From Methylobacillus sp. (GTDB taxonomy: Bacteria; Pseudomonadota; Gammaproteobacteria; Burkholderiales; Methylophilaceae): a stretch of 24,000 nt of DNA. Positions 7,743 through 16,393 of the stretch are shown here, one piece after another. Location of the stretch: contig JAITML010000038.1 in the NCBI GenBank assembly GCA_031277395.1, forward strand, positions 36,171 to 60,170. The letters run 5' to 3'. Within the stretch, counting starts at the first letter, position 1. Each line of letters starts with the position of its first letter. The notes under the pieces are model-generated. The model worked only from the letters and a program-made list of their open reading frames with translations, did no database searches and had not been told where the DNA came from. The position numbers and the translations under genes were made by a program.

Positions 7743-8549
7743 TCAGTTGAAAAAAGTCGTCACTGCGGCATCCAGCGCGTCACGCATATCCGGATCGTCC
7801 GTGATCGGGCGCACAAGCGCCATGCTGCATGCAGAAATCGGTGCGACGCCTTTGCTGATGAGATTGCCCGCGTAAACCAGCATGCGCGTGGATATGCCTT
7901 CGTCAAGACCGTGACCTTTGAGGTTGCGCGCGCGCTCCGCAATCGAAACCAGTTTTTCGGCAATGTCTTTTTCCACGCCGGATTCGTGCATGACGATTTC
8001 AACTTCAATCGCAGCTTCCGGGTAGCCGAAATCCAGCGCGCCAAAACGTTGCTTGGTGGATTGTTTCAAATCCTTCATCAACGATTGATAGCCCGGATTA
8101 TAGGAAATCACCAATTGAAAGTCGGGATGCGCATGCACCAACTCGCCCTTTTTTTCGAGCGGCAACACACGGCGATTGTCGGTCAGCGGATGGATGACTA
8201 CCGTAGTATCCTGACGCGCTTCGACCACTTCGTCCAGATAAACAATCGCGCCATGACGAGCGGCCGTGGCAAGCGGCCCGTCCTGCCAGCGCGTGCCGTC
8301 GGCATCGAGCAGAAAACGACCGACCAGATCGGATGCGGTCATGTCTTCGTTGCATGCCACGGTAATCAAGGGCTTGCCCAGTTTCCACGCCATGTATTCC
8401 ACAAAACGCGTTTTGCCGCAGCCAGTCGGGCCTTTCAGCATCATCGGCATGCGCACGGAATAAGCGGCCTCATACAGCGCAACTTCATCCGCCACCGCGC
8501 GGTAATACGGTTCCTTTTTGATTTTGTACTGCTGAATCACATCACTCAT
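7743..8549 (-). CDS. cbbQ: CbbQ, MoxR-class AAA+ ATPase (RuBisCO activase subunit; NorQ/NirQ family)
   Basis: 268 aa with Walker A GPTGCGKT and Walker B IVYLDEV. The N-terminal [16 protein letters not shown]...[21 protein letters not shown] is typical of CbbQ/NorQ. It is located between cbbS and cbbO. Confidence 0.95.
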   Translation of the reverse strand: MSDVIQQYKIKKEPYYRAVADEVALYEAAYSVRMPMMLKGPTGCGKTRFVEYMAWKLGKPLITVACNEDMTASDLVGRFLLDADGTRWQDGPLATAARHGAIVYLDEVVEARQDTTVVIHPLTDNRRVLPLEKKGELVHAHPDFQLVISYNPGYQSLMKDLKQSTKQRFGALDFGYPEAAIEVEIVMHESGVEKDIAEKLVSIAERARNLKGHGLDEGISTRMLVYAGNLISKGVAPISACSMALVRPITDDPDMRDALDAAVTTFFN

Positions 8550-8585
8550 CCTGGCTTCTCTTTCTGGTTTCTCTTCCTGAAAATT

Positions 8586-9056
8586 TCATGGCTCTTCGGT
8601 CACCAACTCAATCCAGACATGAAATACCGGGATCTCAGACCATTTGGCGCGGGTATTGGCCAGCGTTTCCTCAGAAGCCATGTGGAGCATGTATTCCCGC
8701 CCTTTTTTATCCTTGAACCACACTTCTCTTGCCGACCATCCACAGCACTCGAAGCGCAGTTTTTTCAGCCCGAAAGATTTGGCCAGACTCGCTTCCACAC
8801 CGGCTGCATCACGCCCGCTCACGCTATAGCGCGCGACCAGAGGTTTGAGCTGTTCGTCCGCATGATACTCGCACCGCTCATAATTCAAATGCTTTGGTTT
8901 CTTGCCCAACTCGGCCAGAAAATCGCCGCAAACATAAATCGGCTCCTCTGCTTGCGCGTGCATAAGTCTGCCCGGCAGAAACGCGAATGCCGCACAAAGC
9001 AGCAGTGCTTTTGCAACAACCCATGCAGATTTTTTCATTTCCTGTATCGCAGACAT
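8586..9056 (-). CDS. Hypothetical secreted protein (about 150-157 aa) inserted between cbbS and cbbQ
   Basis: MKKSAWVVAKALLLCAAFAFLPGRLMHAQA|EEP is a canonical Sec signal with an AxA cleavage site. The mature part has 4 Cys (VCGDF, ERCEY, FECCGW). Possible starts are TTG 9059, ATG 9056 or ATG 9038. It is in the same orientation as cbbQ and ends 36 nt before it. Confidence 0.7.
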   Translation of the reverse strand: MSAIQEMKKSAWVVAKALLLCAAFAFLPGRLMHAQAEEPIYVCGDFLAELGKKPKHLNYERCEYHADEQLKPLVARYSVSGRDAAGVEASLAKSFGLKKLRFECCGWSAREVWFKDKKGREYMLHMASEETLANTRAKWSEIPVFHVWIELVTEEP

Positions 9057-9093
9057 CAATAAAAACCCCCATCACGCCAGGCGTAATGGGGGT
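9057..9093 (-). terminator. Intrinsic terminator/attenuator hairpin directly after cbbS
   Basis: ACCCCCAT(9065-9072) pairs with ATGGGGGT(9086-9093), and inner ACGC(9074-9077) pairs with GCGT(9081-9084) around a 3-nt loop. On the minus strand the hairpin is followed by TTTTTATTG. Confidence 0.6.
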
Positions 9094-9106
9094 ATGCGAA
9101 ACATCC

Positions 9107-9463
9107 TTAAACCGTCTTGCCGCGATAGATCACCATCGAAGCACCCTGCGACTGCGCGTCATTATCGTAGCCGATGAGACGCACATGGTTGTTCGGATTG
9201 GCTTTGTGGCAGGCTTCCGCTTCGGCAAGGATGCGGTCAACATCGGTCTCGCCGAACATCGGCAACTTCCACATATACCAATACGAATCCATGAGATATT
9301 GTGGCTCGATGTGCTCGATGGCCGGGTTCCAGCCTCTGGAGACAAGATATTTGATCTGCTCGCGGATATCTTTCTCACCCATCGCCGGCAGATAGGAGAA
9401 GGTTTCAAACTTGCGGCTGGCGGGGTCGCTCAGGCGCGACTTGTAATCCATTACTTCGCTCAT
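9107..9463 (-). CDS. cbbS: RuBisCO small subunit, form IA
   Basis: 118 aa, 28 nt downstream of cbbL. The sequence ...FETFSYLP...QI.Y....GW.P.IEH.EP......[10 protein letters not shown]... is typical of proteobacterial CbbS. Confidence 0.97.
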   Translation of the reverse strand: MSEVMDYKSRLSDPASRKFETFSYLPAMGEKDIREQIKYLVSRGWNPAIEHIEPQYLMDSYWYMWKLPMFGETDVDRILAEAEACHKANPNNHVRLIGYDNDAQSQGASMVIYRGKTV

Positions 9464-9491
9464 TGCATTTCCTTTCAGTATTCATTCATGC

Positions 9492-10913
9492 TTACTTGTG
9501 GGCGACATCCAGCTTGTCCACCGTATCGAATTCGAACTTGATTTCCTTCCATGTTTCCATGGCGATCTTGAGTTCGGGGCTGCTCTTCGCGGCTTCGGTC
9601 AACACGGCGCGGCCCTCTTTCTCAACCGCGACACCCTTGTTGCGCGCTTCCACACAAGCTTCGAGCGCCACGCGGTTGGCTGCGGCACCGGCTGCATTAC
9701 CCCACGGGTGACCCAATGTTCCGCCGCCGAATTGCAGCACGGAGTTGTCGCCGAAGATGGTGACCAGCGCGGGCATGTGCCACACGTGGATACCGCCGGA
9801 AGCCACCGGGAACAGACCCGGCATCGCGCCCCAATCCTGATCGAAGAAGATGCCGCGGCTGCGGTCTTCCTTGACGTAGCTGTCGCGCATAAGGTCGATC
9901 CAGCCCAGCGTCGCGGCGCGGTCGCCTTCCAGCTTGCCGACCACGGTACCGGAATGCAGATGGTCGCCGCCGGACAAACGCAGCACCTTGGTCAACAAGC
10001 GGAAATGTATCCCGTGGTGCGGATTGCGGTCGAGCACGGCGTGCATCGCGCGGTGGATGTGCAGCAACATGCCGTTGTCGCGACACCAGTTGGCGAGGCC
10101 GGTATTGGCCGTCAAACCGCCGGTGAGGTAATCGTGCATGATGATGGGCGCGCCTATGGATTTGGCAAACTCGGCGCGCTTGTACATTTCTTCCGGTGTC
10201 GGCGCGGTCACGTTGAGATAGTGTCCCTTGCGTTCGCCGGTTTCGCGTTGCGCCTTGAGCGTCGCTTCCTGCACAAACTCGAAACGGTCACGCCAGCGCA
10301 TGAAGGGCTGACTGTTGACGTTTTCATCGTCCTTGGTGAAATCCAGACCGCCGCGCAGACATTCATACACCGCGCGGCCATAGTTTTTGGCAGACAAACC
10401 AAGCTTGGGTTTGATCGTGCAACCGAGCAGCGGACGGCCATACTTGTTCATCTTGTCGCGCTCGACCTGGATGCCGTTGGGCGGTCCGCCGCAGGTCATC
10501 ACATAGGCAATCGGGAAGCGCACATCTTCGAGGCGCAGCGAACGCAACGCCTTGAAACCGAATACGTTGCCGACCAGCGAAGTCAGCACATTGACGACCG
10601 AGCCTTCCTCGAACAAATCAATCGGATACGCAACAAATGCGTAGAAAGAGGTATCGTCGCCCGGCACGTCTTCGATTCTGTAAGCGCGACCCTTGTAGTA
10701 GTCGAGATCGGTCAAAAGATCGGTCCACACCGTGGTCCAGGTGCCGGTGGAAGATTCGGCGGCCACGGCGGCAGCCACTTCTTCGCGATCCACGCCGGGC
10801 TGCGGCACGACCTTGAAACAGGCCAGAAGATCCGTGTCTTTGGGAGTGTAATGCGGCTCCCAGTAAGTTTGCCGGTATTCCTTCACCCCGGCGCTGTAGG
10901 TTTTGACTGCCAT
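9492..10913 (-). CDS. cbbL: RuBisCO large subunit, form IA
   Basis: 473 aa with hallmark motifs: [23 protein letters not shown] (carbamylated Lys), [26 protein letters not shown], and [12 protein letters not shown]...[21 protein letters not shown] lies 8 nt upstream of the ATG. Confidence 0.99.
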   Translation of the reverse strand: MAVKTYSAGVKEYRQTYWEPHYTPKDTDLLACFKVVPQPGVDREEVAAAVAAESSTGTWTTVWTDLLTDLDYYKGRAYRIEDVPGDDTSFYAFVAYPIDLFEEGSVVNVLTSLVGNVFGFKALRSLRLEDVRFPIAYVMTCGGPPNGIQVERDKMNKYGRPLLGCTIKPKLGLSAKNYGRAVYECLRGGLDFTKDDENVNSQPFMRWRDRFEFVQEATLKAQRETGERKGHYLNVTAPTPEEMYKRAEFAKSIGAPIIMHDYLTGGLTANTGLANWCRDNGMLLHIHRAMHAVLDRNPHHGIHFRLLTKVLRLSGGDHLHSGTVVGKLEGDRAATLGWIDLMRDSYVKEDRSRGIFFDQDWGAMPGLFPVASGGIHVWHMPALVTIFGDNSVLQFGGGTLGHPWGNAAGAAANRVALEACVEARNKGVAVEKEGRAVLTEAAKSSPELKIAMETWKEIKFEFDTVDKLDVAHK

Positions 10914-11053
10914 AGTCTTTACTCCTCAAGTTGACGAATTCGAGAGTGCCGCCGCCCAATGGCAACGACATGAAACACATTATGGGAGCGATTTATGGTT
11001 TATGATAGTTAAATCAAATTACTGTTATGTTTAACTATTATTAAAGGAAAACC
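10914..11053. promoter_or_regulatory. Divergent cbbL/cbbR control region containing a putative CbbR (LysR-type) operator
   Basis: This is the only markedly AT-rich stretch in the window. A perfect 9-bp inverted repeat, ATAGTTAAA(11005-11013) and TTTAACTAT(11030-11038), has a 16-bp spacer. TTATG is repeated at 10980, 10993, 11000 and 11025. A candidate cbbL -10 element, CATAAT, lies on the minus strand at 10979-10984. Confidence 0.65.
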
Positions 11054-11977
11054 ATGCGTATCCGACACGCCACACTCAACCAGTTCCGGATTTTCGACGC
11101 TGTCGCGCGCAACATGAGCTTCGCGCGCGCCGCCGAAGAGCTACACCTTACGCCGCCCGCGCTTTCCATTCAAGTCAAACAACTCGCGGATGCGGCCGAT
11201 GCAACGCTATACGAACAGATCGGCAAGAAAATTCATCTCACCGCCGCCGGTCGTGTCGTCGCCGAAGCCTGCCGCGACATCGACATGCGACTGGAGCGAT
11301 TGTCGCAGGATTTGAATGCGTTGCAAGGCCTGCAAAAAGGCACGCTGAAACTGGCCATCCTGACTACTGCGGAATATTTCGCACCGCGTGTACTCGGCGA
11401 ATTCTGTGCACGTCATCCTGGCATTGAAGCCTCGATGTTCGTCGGCAATCGCGAAACCCTGCTCGAACGCATGGCGCGAAATCTCGACGATCTCTACATC
11501 TTCGGCCAGCCTCCCGCCAACCTCAACATCGTCGCCGAAAGTTTCGCCTACAACCCGCTGGTTGTCGTCGCGCGCAGCGACCATCCGCTGGCCGGGGAAA
11601 GCGATATCGCCCCCGCGCGGCTCGATGGTCTGCCGTTCCTGCTGCGCGAATCCGGCTCGGGCATACGTCTCGCCACCGAGGATTTCATGCGCAAGCATCG
11701 CGTACAGATCGAAACGCGCATGGAAGTCGGCAGCAACGAAGCAATCAAACAGGCGGTGAAAGGCGGGTTGGGTCTTGCCGTGCTGTCATTCGCAAGCGTC
11801 GCGGCGGAAGTGGAGCGCGGTGAACTCGCGACATTGAATGTACAGGGTTTCCCGCTCATGCGGCGCTGGCATGTAACCTGGCCTGCCGGAAAAAATCTGT
11901 CACACGCAGCGGAAGAATTCCGCAAATCGCTGTTCGACGGCTCCATCGTGCAATACGGGCTTGTGCCTGCAAAATAA
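11054..11977 (+). CDS. cbbR: LysR-family transcriptional regulator CbbR
   Basis: 307 aa, divergent from cbbL. The N-terminal winged HTH is LNQFRIFDAVARNMSFARAAEELHLTPPALSIQVKQLA. AAGGA lies upstream of the ATG. Confidence 0.9.
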   Translation: MRIRHATLNQFRIFDAVARNMSFARAAEELHLTPPALSIQVKQLADAADATLYEQIGKKIHLTAAGRVVAEACRDIDMRLERLSQDLNALQGLQKGTLKLAILTTAEYFAPRVLGEFCARHPGIEASMFVGNRETLLERMARNLDDLYIFGQPPANLNIVAESFAYNPLVVVARSDHPLAGESDIAPARLDGLPFLLRESGSGIRLATEDFMRKHRVQIETRMEVGSNEAIKQAVKGGLGLAVLSFASVAAEVERGELATLNVQGFPLMRRWHVTWPAGKNLSHAAEEFRKSLFDGSIVQYGLVPAK

Positions 11978-12058
11978 ACCGGAGATCAAGGGCTGAAAAA
12001 ATCGCTCCAATTGTTTCGTCGCGCTGGACAAATTCTTCCGACTTGGAGAAACTTCAGC

Positions 12059-13492
12059 ATGCGTTTCTTTTCGGTGATCCTGATTTTCCTGCTTGTTCTT
12101 GCCGGTTGCCAGAAACCTGTAAAGCCGCTTCCTCCCGTCAGGGAGAGCTTGCAGCTCAATGTGGTGACGGTGAACGGGCCGGCGACTTATTATGTTACCG
12201 GGCCGAATGAATATGCGGGATTTGAGTATGACCTTGCCAAGCTGTTCGCGCGGCATTTGAGCGCGGAGCTGGGGAAAGAGGTCAAGCTCAATATCGTGTT
12301 GGTCGATAATGTTTCCCAGGTAATTCCGGCATTGATGAAGGGTCGCGCAGCGCTTGCAGCGGCGAATTTGACCGTGACGCGCGAGCGGCAGCATCTTGTG
12401 CATTTCGGGCCGACGTATCAGACGGTGCAGCAGCAGGTGGTTTACAACAAGGAAACCCGCAAGGCGCCGAAAAAAATTTCCGATCTTGCGAATGCCCGCA
12501 TTGCGATTCCTGCAGCGACAAGTTATGTCGATCGGCTGAGTGAATTGGCAGCGAACGTACCGGGATTGACCTGGACGGAAGACCCGCTTTCCAACAGCGA
12601 TGAATTATTGGAGCGCGTGGCGGAAGGCTCGCTGGATTTCACAATCGCCGATTCGCATTTGGTGGCGATGGAGCGGAATTATTACCCCAATCTCGGCGCG
12701 GGGCTCAATCTCGGCGCAGCGGATGATCTGGCGTGGGCATTCCGCAAGAATGGCGATGAGTGGTTGTATCAGCAGTCGCTGAAATTTTTTGCGCGCATCA
12801 AGCAGGATGGCACTTTGCGCTCATTGATCGACCGTTATTACGGTCACTCGGAGCGGGTCAAGCCGACCGATGTAACGGGCTTTCTGGTCAGAATGAAAAC
12901 CGTGTTGCCGAAATATACCGGCCTTTTCAAACAGGCGGAGGGATTGACCGGCATTGATTGGCGACTGCTTGCAGCGATCAGTTATCAGGAATCGCACTGG
13001 GATCCATTCGCCACGTCACCGACCAATGTACGCGGCATGATGATGCTGACCGAAGACACCGCCGACCGCATGGGCGTGACGGACAGACTGGATCCCAGGC
13101 AGAGCATCATGGCAGGCGCGCGTTATGTCATCGTGCTGCGGGAAACAATCCCCGAGCGCGTACCGGAACCGGATCGCACCTGGCTCGCGCTGGCCGCTTA
13201 CAATATTGGCTACGCGCATCTGGAAGACGCGCGCAAACTCGCGCAGCGTCACAAGCTCAACCCCGATGCGTGGGCGGATGTGAAAAAAACATTGCCGCTG
13301 TTGACGCAGGAGCAATATTTCTCCAACACGCAATATGGCTATGCGCGAGGCGGCGCGCCGGTGCATTTTGTTGAGTCAATTCGCACTTATTACCGTATCC
13401 TTGAAAAATACGAGCCGAATCGCGCGCCCCTGCTGCCTGGTTTCGATCTGGTGAGCGCGGATTTTAAACGAGCCGCCGAGTTGCGCCCATAA
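12059..13492 (+). CDS. mltF: Membrane-bound lytic murein transglycosylase F-like protein (solute-binding-like domain plus SLT domain)
   Basis: Lipoprotein signal MRFFSVILIFLLVLAGC with GGAG upstream of ATG 12059; the ORF-track start at 12011 is a TTG. The N-terminal part resembles a family-3 periplasmic binding domain. The C-terminal SLT motif is AISYQESHWDP...GMMMLT...AYNIG. Confidence 0.85.
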   Translation: MRFFSVILIFLLVLAGCQKPVKPLPPVRESLQLNVVTVNGPATYYVTGPNEYAGFEYDLAKLFARHLSAELGKEVKLNIVLVDNVSQVIPALMKGRAALAAANLTVTRERQHLVHFGPTYQTVQQQVVYNKETRKAPKKISDLANARIAIPAATSYVDRLSELAANVPGLTWTEDPLSNSDELLERVAEGSLDFTIADSHLVAMERNYYPNLGAGLNLGAADDLAWAFRKNGDEWLYQQSLKFFARIKQDGTLRSLIDRYYGHSERVKPTDVTGFLVRMKTVLPKYTGLFKQAEGLTGIDWRLLAAISYQESHWDPFATSPTNVRGMMMLTEDTADRMGVTDRLDPRQSIMAGARYVIVLRETIPERVPEPDRTWLALAAYNIGYAHLEDARKLAQRHKLNPDAWADVKKTLPLLTQEQYFSNTQYGYARGGAPVHFVESIRTYYRILEKYEPNRAPLLPGFDLVSADFKRAAELRP

Positions 13493-13518
13493 AACTTTAA
13501 GGATTTGGAAAACTTGCA

Positions 13519-15210
13519 ATGCCGCATGAAGTCAGCCTGATTACGACAACAGCCGCCGCCTTCGGACTCGCGATGGTGCTGGGTTTCATCGCCTCCAAAC
13601 TCAAGATACCGCCGCTGGTCGGCTACCTGATCGCAGGCGTCATCATCGGCCCCGCCACACCGGGGTTTGATGCCGACGTCGAAATCGCGGCACAGCTCGC
13701 GGATATCGGCATCATGCTGCTGATGTTCGGCGTCGGGCTGCACTTTTCTCTGGAAGAACTGCTCTCGGTCAAACGCATCGCAATACCGGGGGCGATCATG
13801 CAGATCATCTTCACCTCATCGGTGGGCACGGGCATGGGGCTTTTCTGGGGCTGGGGCATAGGCACCGCGCTGGTATTTGGAATCTCACTGTCGTGCGCGA
13901 GTACGGTGGTGGTACTGCGCGCGCTCGAAGCGCGCGGAATGCTGGCGACCATCAACGGGCATATCGCGGCCGGCTGGCTCGTGGTCGAAGATATTGTGAT
14001 GGTGCTGGTAATGGTGCTGCTGCCCGCCTTCTCCAGCTTGCTGGGCGGTATCGGGCACGGCCATGCCGATGCAAACCTGTGGACTACGCTGGGCATCACG
14101 CTATTCAAGGTGGCTGCTTTTATCATATTGATGCTGGTCGTCGGACGTCGGCTGTTTCCCAAGCTGCTGTGGCAAATGGCTCGCACCGGCTCGCGCGAAC
14201 TGTTCACGCTGTGCGTGATCGCAGCGGCCATCGGTGTCGCCTACGGCTCATCCAAGCTGTTCGGCGTTTCATTCGCGCTCGGCGCTTTTTTCGCAGGCAT
14301 GATGATGCGCGAATCCGAGTTCAGCCATCGCGCCGCAGAAGAATCACTGCCGTTGCGCGACGCATTTTCCGTGCTGTTCTTCGTTTCCGTCGGCATGCTG
14401 TTCGATCCCAATGTGCTGCTGGAACATCCGTGGCAGGCCCTCACCGTCGCCGCCATCATCATGTTCGGCAAATCACTCGCGGGCGCGACTCTGGTGCTGC
14501 TATTCCGTTATCCGCTCAATACCGCGCTCACAGTGGGCTCCAGCCTCGCGCAGATCGGGGAATTCTCGTTCATTCTCGCGGGAGTCGGCATGAGTTTGCA
14601 CCTGCTGAGCGCGGAACATCAAAACCTGATCCTCGCGGGCGCGCTCATCTCGATCTCGCTGAACTCCTTCGTATTCACCATGATAGAACCGCTTCAGGCA
14701 TGGATACGCACCAAATCCGCCCTGGCCCGCAAACTGGAAATGCGTGATGACCCGCTCGCGCAACTGCCGATGTCCACCGACCAGAACCTGCTCACCGGGC
14801 AGGTGGTGCTCGTAGGTTACGGTCGCGTCGGCAAACGCATCACGGAAGCGCTCAATGAACGCGGCATTCCCTACGTTGTGGCCGAGCAGAACCGGGGCAT
14901 AGTGGAAACGCTGCGCGTGCATGATATTCCGGCGGTATCGGGCGACGCCTCCGACCCGGAGGTTTTGATTCAGGCTCATATCCATCGCGCGGGCATGCTG
15001 GTCATCGCGACACCTGACAGCTTCGCGGCGCGCAAAATGGTGGAAACCGCGCGCCTGCTCAATCCCAATATTGAAGTCGTGGTGCGCACGCATAGTGACG
15101 AGGAAGCCGAACTGCTCGAAAAAGAAGGCATAGGCAAGATATTCATGGGCGAACACGAACTCGCGCGCGGTATGAGCCAGCATATTCTGAGCCGCATGAA
15201 AGCGACATAA
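13519..15210 (+). CDS. ybaL: CPA2-family K+/H+ antiporter with a C-terminal RCK/TrkA-N domain (YbaL/KefB-like)
   Basis: The N-terminal two thirds are multi-pass hydrophobic (LGFIASKLKIPPLVGYLIAGVIIGP...). The C-terminus has the Rossmann motif VVLVGYGRVGKRI. Confidence 0.85.
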   Translation: MPHEVSLITTTAAAFGLAMVLGFIASKLKIPPLVGYLIAGVIIGPATPGFDADVEIAAQLADIGIMLLMFGVGLHFSLEELLSVKRIAIPGAIMQIIFTSSVGTGMGLFWGWGIGTALVFGISLSCASTVVVLRALEARGMLATINGHIAAGWLVVEDIVMVLVMVLLPAFSSLLGGIGHGHADANLWTTLGITLFKVAAFIILMLVVGRRLFPKLLWQMARTGSRELFTLCVIAAAIGVAYGSSKLFGVSFALGAFFAGMMMRESEFSHRAAEESLPLRDAFSVLFFVSVGMLFDPNVLLEHPWQALTVAAIIMFGKSLAGATLVLLFRYPLNTALTVGSSLAQIGEFSFILAGVGMSLHLLSAEHQNLILAGALISISLNSFVFTMIEPLQAWIRTKSALARKLEMRDDPLAQLPMSTDQNLLTGQVVLVGYGRVGKRITEALNERGIPYVVAEQNRGIVETLRVHDIPAVSGDASDPEVLIQAHIHRAGMLVIATPDSFAARKMVETARLLNPNIEVVVRTHSDEEAELLEKEGIGKIFMGEHELARGMSQHILSRMKAT

Positions 15211-15248
15211 ACGCGTCATCGCCAATAACAGAAAAGGAGCGCCATGAA

Positions 15249-16136
15249 ATGAGTACATTCAAGCAACTGCTGGCACCCACGGATTTCTCCGAATACGCCA
15301 TGATGGCCGTCCGCCGGGCAGCAATGATTGCCGTGCAGCAGCAGGCAAAACTGGATCTGATGCACGTGCTGAGTAGCGGCACGCTGAAGTCATTGCAGGA
15401 ATTCGAATTCCTCAACATCAGCCAGGAGAGCGAAGCGCAACAGCTTGCCGAGGCGGAACACCAGCTCGCTGCGCTGGCCGCAGACATCAAGCGCGAAACC
15501 GGGATCACACCCGCGACCCAAATCAAGGCCGGCAACGTGCTCGATGAAGTGATCGCGGCGATGAAAGCCGCTGATATGCTCGTGCTTGGCGCGCGTGGCA
15601 CCAGCCCTCTGCGCGATCTGCTGGTCGGCTCAATGGCCATGCGCCTGCTGGGCAAATGCAACCTGCCGGTGCTGGTCGTCAATGGCGCACCAACGCAGAT
15701 TTACCGGCGCGTCCTCGTGCCCGTAGATTTTTTTCCGCACTCGCGCGAGGCACTGAAACTCGCATTGCAGATCGCGCCCGACGCGGACATTACCGTAATC
15801 AACGCTTTCCAGGTTCCATTCAAGGGAAAACTCGCCCTCTCCGGCGCGGCAAAAGAACAATTGCAGCGTTATCGCACCCAAGCCCAGCAATTGGCATCGC
15901 AAAATATCCAGGAACTGATACAAGAAGTCGCCGGAGAATCACACCAGATCAAACATGCAGTCAAACAAGCCGACCCCGCAGTTTTCATACTGGAACAAGC
16001 GACGGAACTGGAAGCCGATCTCATCGTCATCGGCAAACGCGGACAATCGCTCATGGAAGGCATGCTGCTCGGCAGCGTGACGCGACACATACTCGTCAAT
16101 GTCAAATGCGACGTGCTAGCCGTACATCCTGCGTAA
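15249..16136 (+). CDS. Tandem-domain universal stress protein (UspE-like)
   Basis: There are two Usp domains. Each carries the ATP-binding motif G-x2-G-x9-G-S: GARGTSPLRDLLVGS and GKRGQSLMEGMLLGS. AAGGAG at 15234-15239 lies 9 nt upstream of the ATG. Confidence 0.85.
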   Translation: MSTFKQLLAPTDFSEYAMMAVRRAAMIAVQQQAKLDLMHVLSSGTLKSLQEFEFLNISQESEAQQLAEAEHQLAALAADIKRETGITPATQIKAGNVLDEVIAAMKAADMLVLGARGTSPLRDLLVGSMAMRLLGKCNLPVLVVNGAPTQIYRRVLVPVDFFPHSREALKLALQIAPDADITVINAFQVPFKGKLALSGAAKEQLQRYRTQAQQLASQNIQELIQEVAGESHQIKHAVKQADPAVFILEQATELEADLIVIGKRGQSLMEGMLLGSVTRHILVNVKCDVLAVHPA

Positions 16137-16227
16137 GATGGCAGGAAATAATGAAGAAGAAAGGCTCTCCACCGCATCATAGTTGCGCAACAACAAAGCC
16201 CTGATCCCTGTAATCCGGGTTCTGTTA

Positions 16228-16256
16228 TTGACGCTCCAATTTTTTCACTCGATAAT
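16228..16256 (+). promoter_or_regulatory. Candidate sigma70 promoter for the fhc-fdh gene run
   Basis: TTGACG(16228-16233), a 17-nt spacer, then GATAAT(16251-16256). It lies in the 257-bp gap between usp and fhcB and implies a leader of about 130 nt. Confidence 0.5.
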
Positions 16257-16393
16257 ATTGGCCTGATTGTCGCTTTCGGTTGCGGGCTTTCCCACTCGCA
16301 ACTGCGCCGTCCGTCTGGTGAACGCGGTGTTGCGGCAGTCTGAGTTCCTCGATCCGCCTCCAGAAGTGGGTCAAGATTCGGGATGAATCCTTC

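Noticed and set aside
7674-9062. A 462-aa plus-strand ORF antisense to cbbQ and orf157.
   Set aside because: This is the same codon-aligned shadow effect; cbbQ and orf157 happen to share a phase, so the shadow runs through both. The translation has no motifs and an implausible composition.
9498-10934. A 478-aa ORF on the plus strand covering the whole of cbbL in antisense.
   Set aside because: It is codon-aligned with cbbL; both use plus-strand phase 0. It stays open only because cbbL avoids the sense codons TTA, CTA and TCA, as expected for a highly expressed GC3-rich gene. Its translation is Arg/Ala/Gly/His-rich and low in complexity, it has no SD, and cbbL on the other strand is unambiguous.
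16138-16204. Tiny ORFs in the usp-fhcB gap: MAGNNEEERLSTAS at 16138, and MKKKGSPPHHSCATTKP at 16151 with AGGA upstream.
   Set aside because: They are too short and compositionally unremarkable to support. They lie upstream of the predicted promoter and may simply be the 3' UTR of usp.
16257-16393. Assigning the fhcB leader to the Moco (molybdenum cofactor) riboswitch class because of a CGCCUCC element and the downstream Mo/W enzyme.
   Set aside because: I cannot reconstruct the conserved multi-stem architecture of that motif from this sequence by eye. A single short match is not evidence. It is kept only as something to test with a covariance model.
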